Sequence record: MK250027.1
Length of the DNA: 64,000 nucleotides
Reading direction: 5' to 3' (one strand)
The notes beneath the pieces are model-generated. The model did not search any database, had not been told where the DNA came from, and was given only the letters and a program-made list of their open reading frames with translations. The position numbers and the translations under genes were made by a program. Shown in pieces: positions 35,020 to 46,626 of the stretch (the stretch's first letter is position 1; the number at the start of each line of letters is the position of its first letter).

Positions 35020-35541
35020 ATGAACAATAGAAAATATCTTAAATATGTAATTGATGAAGTTGTATTCAGAGAGTTTCCAGATGAAGTTACTCTTGCATTA
35101 AATATATCAGGCTGTCCAAATCATTGTATAGGTTGTCATTCATCTTATCTTGCAGATGATATAGGTGAAGAATTAACAGAAGATGTATTGGATAAACTTA
35201 TAGATAAGAATAAAGGAATTACATGTGTAGGATTTATGGGCGGTGATAATAATCCTCAGGAAGTTGTTAGATTATCTATGTATGTGAAAGATAAATATCC
35301 AAATTTACATACAGGGTGGTATTCGGGAAGAGAAGTATTTCCACTTCATCATGGTACATTTGATTATATTAAATTAGGTCCGTGGAAAGAAGAATGCGGA
35401 CCATTAACATCAGAAACAACAAATCAAATCATGTATCAGAAGGTAGATGGAGGAATTGATAATCCTACGTTTATGGATATAACAAAGAAAGCATTTAGAT
35501 CTCATAAACCTTGGGAAACTGAATCATTAAATGATGATTAA
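35020..35541 (+). CDS. nrdG: Anaerobic ribonucleotide reductase activating protein (radical SAM)
   Basis: VFREFPDEVTLALNISGCPNHCIGCHS (CxxxCxxC), FMGGD, YIKLGPW...GPL...TNQ. Confidence 0.93.
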   Translation: MNNRKYLKYVIDEVVFREFPDEVTLALNISGCPNHCIGCHSSYLADDIGEELTEDVLDKLIDKNKGITCVGFMGGDNNPQEVVRLSMYVKDKYPNLHTGWYSGREVFPLHHGTFDYIKLGPWKEECGPLTSETTNQIMYQKVDGGIDNPTFMDITKKAFRSHKPWETESLNDD

Positions 35542-35786
35542 TGTAAATTTTGGAACAAAATGATACAATTTAACAGATCTAGATCAGAAAATGTTATAAT
35601 TTTATGTTATAAAGCATATTTTTTGAAAACAATTAGATAAATAAAATGTAAGATAGTTATAAATTGATTAGTTAAAGTAAATTATAATATAAAAAGAAAT
35701 TAAAATACGGTTTTCACAAACAGTATCTTAACGATGGTTATGTTATAAAGATAGTTAAAATTAAAAATAAATTTACGTTAAAGATT

Positions 35787-35891
35787 ATGAAAACAATTAT
35801 TAATGCAGTTAAATATGCATGGAATGCATATTGCAATGGAAGCTACATTATGAATAAATCCGTTTATGAAGCTGGACTTATTCCAATGTAA
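35787..35891 (+). CDS. Small protein (34 aa, MKTIINAVKYAWNAYCNG...)
   Basis: Preceded by TTACGTTAAAGATT-ATG. Shares its leader and an AYC motif with the next small ORF. Confidence 0.5.
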   Translation: MKTIINAVKYAWNAYCNGSYIMNKSVYEAGLIPM

Positions 35892-35962
35892 TTTTCAAAA
35901 TTTGATAGTTAAAAATTAGATGGTTAAAAAGAAGTTTTAAAATTAAAGTTACGTTAGAGATT

Positions 35963-36097
35963 ATGAGTAAAATTATTAGTTTATTGAAGCGTGCTGGTAA
36001 AGCATACTGTAATGCATATGCTGAAGCAAATACTATTAAGATGGGTGATGGTACTGTTGCCTATATTGGTACTAGCGGAATGGTATATGTAGCTTAA
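35963..36097 (+). CDS. Small protein (44 aa, MSKIISLLKRAGKAYCNA...)
   Basis: Preceded by TTACGTTAGAGATT-ATG. Paralog-like N-terminus to the 35787 ORF. Confidence 0.5.
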   Translation: MSKIISLLKRAGKAYCNAYAEANTIKMGDGTVAYIGTSGMVYVA

Positions 36098-36417
36098 CCA
36101 AAGTTAAGTTTAATTAGATGAAGTATGAAATTATTAACACACATCAAATGGCAATACGGCCATTTGATTTTGATTGTAATGGATAATAAATAATGTAAAT
36201 TGTTAATGTGTTAATATTATGTATTCATCTTTATTTTTAGAAACAATGGCAATCCTAAAAGGATATATTTATAATAAACAAGATATGATTTAGAATTACT
36301 ATGATCATATTAATGTCAATCAAAAAGAGGAAATAGTTTAATTTTTGTTAAAACTATTTCCTCTTTTTCTTATATAATAATTAATAACTATTTTTTAGAA
36401 ACATAAATTATTCTTAA

Positions 36418-37536
36418 ATGACAACAACAAAGAAAACAATATAGATAAAGGCAAATAAATGTTTATTCTTAGCAGATATTCACTTAGGTGTTAGATCTGC
36501 ATCAGAAGAATGGCAAGAAAATATATCATCTTATTTTTATAATTGGTTTATTCCTTATGTTAAATCATTAATAGCAAATGATCCTAATTATTTTTTAGCA
36601 GTATTAGGAGATGTTTATGATGATAGAAAATCTATCGATATTAATGTAAATGATTTAACTATTGATATATTTGAAGATTTAGGTAAATTATTACCTGTTT
36701 ATATTATCAATGGAAATCATGATTTATCTAAGAGAACGAATAAAGGTAATACATCATTAAGAAGTTTGGAAAATATTCCTAATGTTACTGTTATAAAAGA
36801 ACCGACACTTATTAAGATTAAACCATCAACTAAAATATTATCAAATATCATTGCGATACCTTATTTAGGTTCACATGAAGAAGAAAACAAAGTATTGCTA
36901 GATTATTCAGGAAAAGCTAATTACGCATGGATGCATACTGATATTTCACAAATGAAATTTGATAATGGCATGACAATTATAGGTGCAGTTGATTCAAATA
37001 TATTTAAAGGACGAATCTTTTCAGGACATATACATAAACGTCAAGAATTAGGAAATGTTATTTATGTAGGCTCGCCTTATCAATTAAGAAGATCAGATAT
37101 AGGAAATACTAAAGGAATTTATAAATTAGATTTTTCCAATAATGAATTATCATTTGAAGAAAATGCTTATAGTCCAATATTTCATAAAATAAAAGTTGAA
37201 GATTTTTTAAAGTTATCAGTAAAAGAAAGAGATGAATTTCTTGATAATAATTATAATGATATTATTATAGAAGAATCAGATTTAAGAAAATATAAGTCAG
37301 GAACTATTTATGACATGGCAAATCTCTCTAATGCAAAGAGAGTTCAGATTATAGTTAATAAGTCACATCATGATTTAGATAATATAGATGATGAAGAATA
37401 TAAAGAGTTGTCTATTGAAGAACTTATAAATGAATCAATATCACAATTGGATGTTGATGATGATACTAAAGAAAGATTGAAAAATATAAGTAGGGAAAGA
37501 CTTAAACAAGCAGAAAATGAGATGAATGAAGTTTAA
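36418..37536 (+). CDS. Mre11/SbcD-like recombination endonuclease subunit (T4 gp47-like), 372 aa, TAG at codon 9
   Basis: Phosphoesterase motifs DIH, GDVYD, GNHD, HTD and GHIH. The track ORF at 36766 lacks the first three motifs, so the upstream ATG 36418 through TAG is required. Confidence 0.92.
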
Positions 37537-37625
37537 CATAATAAATAAATTAATTATTATAAAGGATATAGCATTTATTTGTTATATCCTTTAATTATAA
37601 TTAAAAATGTTAAACAAATAATTAT

Positions 37626-37823
37626 ATGGATAATATAATATTCATAGTAGTATATGTTTTAATAGGATTAATAACATATGGATATTTTTTATATATAACA
37701 AAAGATAATGAAAATATAGATAGAAAATATAAGATAAAAATGTTTATTATTTCATTAATTGCGAGTCCATTGATGATCCTGTTTGAATTATTTCTTTTAC
37801 TATTAAATAGATATGATTACTAA
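37626..37823 (+). CDS. Small two-TM membrane protein (65 aa)
   Basis: Two hydrophobic stretches, TAA stop, between gp47 and gp46. Confidence 0.6.
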   Translation: MDNIIFIVVYVLIGLITYGYFLYITKDNENIDRKYKIKMFIISLIASPLMILFELFLLLLNRYDY

Positions 37824-37826
37824 AAT

Positions 37827-39503
37827 ATGAAGATAGAAAAAATTGAATTTCGTAATTTATTTTCTTATGGTGAGTAGGTATAGGAAATTAATTATGATGA
37901 TACAGGTAAGTTAATCCTATTGAAGGGACAAAGTGGCGCTGGAAAGTCAGCCATTCTTTCATTACCATGTTTATTGTTATATGGAAAGTTGGAGAAGGTT
38001 CCAAAGACTTCTATAGCAAATCGTATTAATAAGAATGGTTGGATGCGAGGAACAATTAAACAAGGTTAGCATACTTATGTGATAGAAAGAAAATTTTCAC
38101 CCAATGGTGTAACTGTTTTTAAAGATAATGAGAATATAGAGAATTACGGTACAAAAGATGCATAGTCATTTATTGATTCTGAAATTATCGATATTCCACA
38201 AGCAACTTATTCAAATATGATTTCTATATCTATGAAGTCGTTTAAGTCATTCCTTAAAATGTCACCAGCAGATCGAAAACAAATCATTGATAGAGTTTTT
38301 GATTTGGAAATTATTAATGTTGTTTTTGAGAATCTTAAGAAAGATATGAGAGATTTAGGTTCATCTATTAACGCTGATAATTCTACCATATTTTCTTTAA
38401 ATTAGACTATTCAAAACGCTAATAATGAGTTAATTCAAATTCAGTAGAAAGTATAGTCAAAAGAAAATCAAGATAAGATATAGGAAAATAATTTAATGAT
38501 AGAAGAAAATAATAAGAAATTAAAAACATTAAATGATGGATATAACCAATATGTTTAGAAACAATAGGAAATATCAAATCAATTTAATGTTATTAAGAAT
38601 AAGCAAATTGAAAATTCTGTTAATATAAGATAGATTCAAGAGAAGATAAATCTATTTAAATAGGAAAAGTGTCCAACATGTGGATGTTCATTTTCATCTG
38701 AATAGTTTAATGAATTAAGAGAAAACCTTAATAAGTTAATGCAAGATAAAATGAATATTGATACTACATTACAAGGATAGATGAAGACACTTACTGATAA
38801 TAGTAAAGTTGTTACAGATTATCTTAATAAAATTACGTCTGCTGTATCAAAAATTAATTAGAGTATAAATACACTTAATTCCGAAAATCTTGTGATACAA
38901 GAGAAATTAAAGTCTAATTCTGAATATAAAGCTGTATAGAATATTATAAAGAAAACAACAGATCAACTTAATGTAATTAAGAAAAGTATTGAAGATAAAA
39001 ATCAATAGATGTTGGATTTACAGAATTTATCATTAGTTTATTCTATAGATGGTGTAAAACAAAAGGTAATTAATAATTATCTGCCTTTATTAAATAAAGA
39101 GATAGAAGATAATCTTATATTATTAAATGTTCCTTATGGATTAGAATTTGATAGTAAGTTTGATCCTCATCTTAAAGATTTAGGAAATGAATTAGATCCA
39201 GTTACATTAAGTGACGGTGAGATGACACGTGTAGATATTGTTGTATTATGTAGTTTGTTTAAGTTACTTAAGCGCAGATACCCATCTATTAATACATTTA
39301 CGTTAGATGAAGTAATATCTACATTGGATAACTCAAATTCTGGAGCTGTATTGGAATTCCTTAAGAATTTTGCAAAAGACAATAAGTTGAATTGCTTTGT
39401 TGTTTCACACACTGATTTATACCTTGAGAATTTTGATGAGATAATAGAGGTTGAGAAACATAATGGGTTTTCTAGATTTTCTGTTATGTTAACTTCACAA
39501 TAA
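37827..39503 (+). CDS. Rad50/SbcC-like ABC ATPase recombination subunit (T4 gp46-like), 558 aa, about 17 TAG
   Basis: Walker A GQSGAGKS, coiled coil with CPTC zinc hook, signature LSDGE, Walker B FTLDEV, H-loop VSH. One frame when TAG = Gln. Confidence 0.93.
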
Positions 39504-39598
39504 AATAAAAATGTGAAAAGAATAATTACTATAAGTTATTCTTTTCACATTAATTATTTTTTAACAGAAAACATATAATTTGATAAATTTATTTTCTA

Positions 39599-40024
39599 TC
39601 ATCTATCATATTTTCCACCAAAAATTTTTGACATATATTCACATAAACTTGCATATAAATCTGCATTTGGTGATTTTACTTGTTTATATGTAAAGAAATA
39701 ATATTCATTTTTTTCTACTAATATATTATTTAATTTTCTTAAAAAATTAATATTAGTATCAGGTGAAACTGTTATTACCCATGCGGTAAATTCATCAAAG
39801 TAATATACTCCTTTTACACGATTTCTTAAAAATTCCTCATATTCTTCAAATGTATTATTTGAAATTAAATATATATAATCGTCTTTACTTGTTTCTTTAC
39901 ATAAATATGTTGCTTCGTTCTCATCATCTTCATCAACATAATCTTCATTAAGTTTTCCTTTTACTGTTTTAGAAATACTTTTCATTATTGACTCATAAAG
40001 TCTTTTCTTTTGTATTTTATCCAT
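39599..40024 (-). CDS. Hypothetical protein (141 aa) with LYESIMKSIS...LNE leader
   Basis: Track ORF with TGA stop. AATAAATA upstream at 40045-40052. Confidence 0.75.
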   Translation of the reverse strand: MDKIQKKRLYESIMKSISKTVKGKLNEDYVDEDDENEATYLCKETSKDDYIYLISNNTFEEYEEFLRNRVKGVYYFDEFTAWVITVSPDTNINFLRKLNNILVEKNEYYFFTYKQVKSPNADLYASLCEYMSKIFGGKYDR

Positions 40025-40319
40025 AATAAAATTTATATTTTTATTATTTATTATTGAAATATAAATTTAAAAATATTACTTACTATACAATATATTATTT
40101 TACATAACTATATTTTATTTTTCTTCTTTTAATTTCCAACACCAACAACCATGATCATTTGCATATGTATGTCCGAATAAACCTGATTTACATTCATTCC
40201 AATTTTCATCAGGGTTATAGAAAATACAATTCTTACAATAACGCTGGATATAATTATTCTCTTCCATTTATTAAAAATTTATTTTTATTACTATATTTAT
40301 TTTTTTATTCCAAATATTA

Positions 40320-40345
40320 TGTGTATCTTTGTATCGTTAATAAAA
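40320..40345 (+). promoter_or_regulatory. Bacteroidetes-type early promoter
   Basis: TGTGTATCTTTGTATCGTTAATAAAA, with TATCTTTG at 40324-40331. Confidence 0.8.
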
Positions 40346-40367
40346 CAATAAACAATTAAAAATAAAA

Positions 40368-40688
40368 ATGAATATGAAAAAGATTAGTTCAAATGCAGTT
40401 CATAACTTTACTGTTCGTCTTCGTGTTGTTTCTGAATTTATCGACGACCAGAGAATTTCTGATGTACGTAAAGTAATGAGTACACAGTTGATTTTACCGC
40501 TTGGTACAGATAATACTGTATTGAAGAGAGCATACGCATATAATAATGATAAGGACGAAATTAATTTTAAGATTTGGTTCTTGAATACTGTTAAGCAGTG
40601 TTGCCCATCAGATATGAGTATTTCTTTTGATGACGCTATGGAGATGACATGGTGTATGTTGCTTCAAGCATGTGGTATAATTTATTAA
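40368..40688 (+). CDS. Hypothetical early protein (106 aa)
   Basis: Track ORF with TAA stop. Confidence 0.75.
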   Translation: MNMKKISSNAVHNFTVRLRVVSEFIDDQRISDVRKVMSTQLILPLGTDNTVLKRAYAYNNDKDEINFKIWFLNTVKQCCPSDMSISFDDAMEMTWCMLLQACGIIY

Positions 40689-40710
40689 TCTTTAAAAAAT
40701 AGAATACATC

Positions 40711-41241
40711 ATGGAATATAAGAATAAGAAAATTCGTATTGTACGTAAACAAAAGGATGGAATTACTCTTCGCGTAAAGGGTAATGAAGTTAAATTCTCA
40801 TGGGAGGAATTTAATTCTGGATATAATATTGTTGATAACGTTTATGCTGTTATGAATGATACTATGGTTGAGCGTATGAATAAATTGGATGATTTGATTT
40901 CTACTGCAACCACTGCATTTTTCATTGTTCAGAATTCTGTTCCTGATATTAAGCAATTGAGTTACGCAGCTGTTCTTACAAATACAATTGAGGAAATTCA
41001 GAAACTTCTTAATTGTACAGGACTTGAAGCTATCCAACTTGTTCGTAAGAATATTGATTCAATGAATAGTATGTTCAAATCAGATAAGTCTTCACATACA
41101 CGTGAATATTATAAGAAGCAAAAAATGGAAATGAATAGAGATAAATTTCCAAAGCGTGTAGAAACGCCAGTGAATTCAACATCATGTGTATTAGAAGATA
41201 ATCCTGCATTGCTGAAGTTGAAAGAGAAAATGTGTTCATAA
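40711..41241 (+). CDS. Hypothetical protein (176 aa)
   Basis: Track ORF with TAA stop, followed by a terminator-like hairpin near 41270-41300. Confidence 0.8.
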   Translation: MEYKNKKIRIVRKQKDGITLRVKGNEVKFSWEEFNSGYNIVDNVYAVMNDTMVERMNKLDDLISTATTAFFIVQNSVPDIKQLSYAAVLTNTIEEIQKLLNCTGLEAIQLVRKNIDSMNSMFKSDKSSHTREYYKKQKMEMNRDKFPKRVETPVNSTSCVLEDNPALLKLKEKMCS

Positions 41242-41400
41242 TAAATAATATTTTTAATTGTTAGACTGAAGTGAGATTAGATAATATTTTTAATCTCACT
41301 TTTCTTTTAATTCGTTTAACATTTATTAATATCATGATTATAAACAATAAATGTAATACTTTGTATACTATATAAATTTTATTTTTAATTTAAATTTAAT

Positions 41401-41883
41401 ATGGTAAAGAAATACGACGAAAATGCATATGTGGAGTTGATGAATACACTTAATAAACATATTGATGGTGGAAATTCACTTCCTGTATTTACAAAGATGA
41501 TTAATGAAGTAAATGAACAATTTCCTGGTTTGAAGGATAATTTTATTCATGATATGGGAAAGTTCTTGACACATTGGTTTGAACTTGTTAATGATTGTAA
41601 ATCATGTTCATTGAAGCTTCAGGCAAAGATTTTGAGTATTGATACAATTTCAGAATATAGCGATTTTAATAGATTTGTTTCTTTTTGTTATGATGTAATA
41701 GATCAAACAATTAATCCACATACAAATAGATTATATGCATCTGACTTGACTAGTTATCTTGCATGCATTGTTAAAGCTGTTATTCAGACGACACGTAGAG
41801 CAAAGGGATTGGACTTAAACAGTAAGAAGTATGGCAACACAACTAAGGATGACACAACAGCAACTGGAACAGCTGAAGCATAA
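41401..41883 (+). CDS. Hypothetical protein (160 aa)
   Basis: Track ORF with TAA stop. Confidence 0.8.
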   Translation: MVKKYDENAYVELMNTLNKHIDGGNSLPVFTKMINEVNEQFPGLKDNFIHDMGKFLTHWFELVNDCKSCSLKLQAKILSIDTISEYSDFNRFVSFCYDVIDQTINPHTNRLYASDLTSYLACIVKAVIQTTRRAKGLDLNSKKYGNTTKDDTTATGTAEA

Positions 41884-42121
41884 AAATATTAGTAATTTTC
41901 CAAATGGTGTTGTACGATTAATTAAAAGGAATAATAATGAGTTTCTTGTAGTAAACATATTTAAATTATGTAATATAAGTGGATGTACTCGTGCAGAATT
42001 TTTAGATTTTATTATGCAATATGAAAAGATAGGATGGAAGTTCTATACGAGTTTTTCACAATATGTTTATTTTAAGAAGAAACAAACATTAATAGAAAAA
42101 ATTAAAAATATATTCAAATAA
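41831..42121 (+). CDS. Hypothetical protein (about 90-96 aa; true start may be a few codons downstream)
   Basis: Track ORF overlapping the previous gene end. Confidence 0.6.
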   Translation: MATQLRMTQQQLEQLKHKNISNFPNGVVRLIKRNNNEFLVVNIFKLCNISGCTRAEFLDFIMQYEKIGWKFYTSFSQYVYFKKKQTLIEKIKNIFK

Positions 42122-42207
42122 AGTAGACAATTTGAATTATTTTTAATATAGTTTAAAGATTTTTGAATAAAGATTTTTTAGTAACAAATATTTAATGTAA
42201 TTTTGTA

Positions 42208-42873
42208 ATGAATAAGACAAAGAAGAATGAGTTTAAGCCTGAGTATAAGTACGAAACGCTTACAGGCAAGTTTACTGATTATCGTGGAATGGTACGTGAT
42301 TTTACAATGGTTGCAGTTTCAATTCCCATGAAGAATGATGATGCAGTTGTAACACGTCCAATTGAAGTTGAAGATGAATATGAGATTCCTTCAAAGAATG
42401 TATTGGACCCAGAAACAGGACAGATCGTTTATGTACCTGAGTCTACTGAGAAGTTTGTAGATGAGTATGATGAGCTTCTTGCACCTATTACTAAGATGCT
42501 TTCCGTTGGTGTTGCAACACGTTGTGTACGAGATACACATGATGCAGACCTAGGTGTTCGAATTGCATATGGTAAGGCATTGAAACTTTGGGACCATACA
42601 TTGTATGTTTCACATCCTGGTATGATTAATACAAAGATGGTTAAGGCATTGCTTGAGCAAGAAGCAGAGCATTTTAAGAAGGACCCAGGTTCTTATCTTG
42701 TAGGATATAATGATGCTAAGGCACGTTATGCAAAGGATGGTAAGATTGCAGAGGTCGAGATGACAGATGAGGAGATTGCTGATACAAAGAAATCAGAAAA
42801 GAAGAATTTTCCAGTTAAAGCAACAGATGTAAAGAAGAAGTTTTTGAAGGAAGCTGATGAGAATCAGAAGTAA
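42208..42873 (+). CDS. Hypothetical protein (221 aa)
   Basis: Track ORF with TAA stop, followed by a hairpin near 42908-42945. Confidence 0.8.
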   Translation: MNKTKKNEFKPEYKYETLTGKFTDYRGMVRDFTMVAVSIPMKNDDAVVTRPIEVEDEYEIPSKNVLDPETGQIVYVPESTEKFVDEYDELLAPITKMLSVGVATRCVRDTHDADLGVRIAYGKALKLWDHTLYVSHPGMINTKMVKALLEQEAEHFKKDPGSYLVGYNDAKARYAKDGKIAEVEMTDEEIADTKKSEKKNFPVKATDVKKKFLKEADENQK

Positions 42874-43017
42874 TAATAAAAACATATTAAATAAATAATT
42901 TTACGATAGTCATAGGTGATAGAGTTCTTCTATTACTTATGACTATTTTTACATATATAAATATTAACTAAGATAAATGATAACATAAAATATTAATAAT
43001 TTTAAATAATAAACATT

Positions 43018-43560
43018 ATGGATAATGAAGTTTTAACATTAATGAATATGCTTAATGATAAGTATGTTCATGTATATAGAGATGAAAATAATAATATTAT
43101 AGTAGATGGATCTATTATAATATTTGATAAGCAATATGATGAGTTTCCTGTAAAGATTCATCAGATAAATGGTTCTATTAATTGGTATGGTAATATATCG
43201 GATGATTCACATGGTTCATTGAAATCGTTAAAGAATTTTCCTGATATTGTAAATGGAAATGTATATATATTTAATAATCCTAAATTAACATCATTAGATG
43301 AATGTCCAAAAGAAATTTTAGGTTCATTGGTATGTGATCATTGTAATATTTCTGATATATCAGGAATTGCGAAGAGGATCAATAATTGCTTTATTGCTTC
43401 ACATAATCCCATTTCTGATATTAGCGTATTAGAAAATGTAAATATTGGAGGTAATATAGAGTTAATAGATACAATATGGAGTAAAACACATAAAGAAGAT
43501 ACATCTATTAAAGATTCATCTGTTATCGTACATGAAGATAATACACCTAAATTATTTTAA
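43018..43560 (+). CDS. Protein with short LRR-like repeats (180 aa), paralog-like to 14253-14966
   Basis: Repeats SLKSLKNFPDIVNGNVY, KLTSLDECPKEILGSLV and NPISDISVL. TATAAATA upstream at 42956-42963. Confidence 0.75.
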   Translation: MDNEVLTLMNMLNDKYVHVYRDENNNIIVDGSIIIFDKQYDEFPVKIHQINGSINWYGNISDDSHGSLKSLKNFPDIVNGNVYIFNNPKLTSLDECPKEILGSLVCDHCNISDISGIAKRINNCFIASHNPISDISVLENVNIGGNIELIDTIWSKTHKEDTSIKDSSVIVHEDNTPKLF

Positions 43561-43603
43561 CAATTTATAATAAATAATTTAAATTTATTATAAATGAGTT
43601 ATT

Positions 43604-44242
43604 GTGCATACATTTGATGAAGTCTTTGATGACGAATTTTATAATATAATAGATGAAAGCTATGATGATAGTATATACAATATAATAAAACCTAAATTTG
43701 GTGATTTAGTTGTATATAATTATGAAACAAAATAGTTTGATACGATGTCTAAAGAAAGATGTGGTATTGAAGATGATAAAGCTATAGTAGGTATAGTTGT
43801 TTAGGTAAATGATGATATGACGATGGATGTATTAATGAAGAATTATTTGACAACTGAATCTTTATTAATACCGTATAGATATGTATAGAATCCTGGTTTT
43901 ATACCTGCATATTTAAAAGATATGTTTGATAGATATTGTAATAAATATTAGAGAACATCTGTTATAGATTTAAGTTCATTTAGGTATAAAATTCCTTAGA
44001 TTGCTCTATTAGATTTTGTTAATAAAAATTTATATACATTATTAGATATTATTAAAACAATATGGGGCGATGATAGACATGATTAGTTTATAGAAAGACT
44101 TTATAAACATGGATTATTATCGCAACATAAAGGGAAATATTATCGATGGATTCCTAAAATAAATGAAAAACGAAAAATAGAGAATCTTTTAGGATTAACA
44201 AGAATTGAATTTTTACCAGTGTTCACATTAAAATACAATTAA
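43604..44242 (+). CDS. Hypothetical protein (212 aa, 6 TAG; GTG start uncertain)
   Basis: Frame open from GTG 43604 to TAA 44242 with TAG = Gln. Confidence 0.7.
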
Positions 44243-44252
44243 CTTAATTTAA

Positions 44253-44939
44253 ATGGAAGAAATGTAGGATAATAATATACATAAAAATCTTTATAATAAA
44301 ACAAGAGAATATGACATACGTGGTATTATGATACCATGTATAGGAGATATTTTATATTATGATACAGTAGATATGCAAGCTATCATTTAGGAAGTTAATG
44401 ATGACAGATATATAAATCCTAGATTTTTACCAATTGGTGTTATTGCTGATATATCAACAGATTTAAAAACAATAAAACTTATAACTCCATATCTTATTAA
44501 AGTTTCATTAGACATGAATGAAAGAATATCTGAGAAGAATATAATGAAAGAACTTAAATCTTTTGTTCGGACATATACAAAGGATTTATTTAAGGAAGAT
44601 ATAGAAGATATGAAGTTTAATATTGCCACTACTGCAGATTTACAATTATTAATTAATAATTCTGATGCAGTATTAAAAGGAATAGATTATTTCAATAAAC
44701 TTAATGTTCCTGAAAATTTAGATATAAAAGAATTAATATCAGATGGAATTCTTATATATGATAATAAAGGAAACATAAAACTCACATATGGCATTAAAGA
44801 TAATTTTCATATGGAATATAATAAGAAAGATGATGATACTGCATGGAATAATGTTAAGACATTAAAAGATTTTAAAGAAACTAATATGGAAATATTAGAT
44901 TGTTATATTATTCCAATGGCAACAATTAAATTAGATTAA
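44253..44939 (+). CDS. Hypothetical protein (228 aa, 2 TAG)
   Basis: Track ORF 44514-44939 extended to ATG 44253. Confidence 0.75.
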
Positions 44940-45043
44940 TATAAATATGAGATTATTACTTTAATGTAGTAATCTCTTTTTAATTTATAAACTTTATCTA
45001 TTATTTTATCTATAAAATTATAATAAACTATATTTAACAATAT

Positions 45044-45907
45044 ATGAAAGATATAAGGAAAATTATTGAAGATAAGAATAATTAGATAAAGCAAGAATAT
45101 AAAGGTTGTGTATCTGTTTCAAAACTTTGTAATGAATATATAAAGAAAAAATTTGATGATCAAGTGCAAGCAGAAATATGTGCTAAGAAAGGTTTGAATG
45201 ATCCGAATTATAAATATGCTGGTATGGATGCAACTCAAATTCTGGAAGCATGGCATGCAAAATCATCTGAATCAAAAAGGTATGGTTCACTTCTTGATGA
45301 TTATGCAGGGATGAATCTTAATAATGAAACAGATAAATTAGAATTATGGAAATTAGATAATGGTTATGATTATGATGATAGATTGAAATCTATTTGTAAA
45401 GGATTTGATGATTTTTATAATTATATATTAACAAAGACAAATTATAAGTATGTAGCAAGAGAATTACCATTATATTGCAAGACACCAAAAGATGGATTAA
45501 TTAATGGTAGATTTGATTGTTTATTCTATGACGAGAATACCGATGCATATATTATTATAGATTGGAAAACAACGGATGGAATAACGACATCATCTAAATA
45601 CGGAAAGAAACTTCAAGGACCTGCATATATGTTAGATGAATGTGATATGAATACATATACAATTCAATTACATATTTATAAGAAAGCATTGGTTGAAACA
45701 TATGGATTATCTTCATATGATAAGATAAGTGTTTATGTATGTAACTTACTTAAACAACCAAATGAACAAGGATTAAATTTTAAATTATTTAAACAAAATT
45801 TTGATTTTGATGTTAATAGATTAAATTCATTTATTGATTTTGGAAATCAAAAGTTTAAGTTAATGAAAACAATTCAAGAATCATGTTAGAAGAATCAAAC
45901 AGTATAA
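45044..45907 (+). CDS. PD-(D/E)XK (Cas4/RecB-like) exonuclease (287 aa, 2 TAG)
   Basis: INGRFDCLF...IIDWKT and YTIQLHIYK motifs. Extended through TAG at codon 14 and through the TAG at 45887 to TAA 45907. Confidence 0.85.
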
Positions 45908-46593
45908 TTGATATATTATCTACAAATGATAATGATGTTATTTTAAATAAAGCAAAAGAGTATATATTTAAAGTATTTCATAATAATGATATTAATCCAC
46001 ATAATTTATTTTGTGGGTGGTTTTTATTTACAAAGACATGTAAACATTATTTTGTTGATTATACTTGGAAAGAACCAATACAAAATAAAATATTAAAATT
46101 TTTTAATATTAAAATTAATGAGCATTCATATATTGATGACGAATTAACAAAAATGTTTTGTATATATGTATATTCTCTTAAGTATAAAAGAAAAATAACA
46201 GATTATGATAGATTGACCCCAATTGCTGAGACTCTTTCTAATCTGTTGATTAGAACAGAAGAGACTTACTATGGAATAAGAAAATTACTTAGAGATTTAT
46301 GTTTAGGTTTAATATGTAAACCAAAAGGAATAACAACATATAATGTTATCGAACATTATGAAGATATGATTACTTATAAATTAAATAATGTTGCATATCA
46401 TTGTTATAGTTGTAAATTAGATGTAAAAGTAGATAATGAACAAAATAAATTAATAGTGAATATTAACTTTATTAAAACAGATACATATTCTAGATATATG
46501 AATTTATTTGAACAAGTGGAACCATTATTTAATTTATTGCAAGAAGATTTAGCATATTTTAATACATATGGATATTTCTATGACATGAAATAA
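45883..46593 (+). CDS. Hypothetical protein (236 aa)
   Basis: Track ORF with TAA stop. Confidence 0.75.
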   Translation: MLEESNSIIDILSTNDNDVILNKAKEYIFKVFHNNDINPHNLFCGWFLFTKTCKHYFVDYTWKEPIQNKILKFFNIKINEHSYIDDELTKMFCIYVYSLKYKRKITDYDRLTPIAETLSNLLIRTEETYYGIRKLLRDLCLGLICKPKGITTYNVIEHYEDMITYKLNNVAYHCYSCKLDVKVDNEQNKLIVNINFIKTDTYSRYMNLFEQVEPLFNLLQEDLAYFNTYGYFYDMK

Positions 46594-46626
46594 ATAATGT
46601 AAATATCAAATTGTTTATTTGAAATT

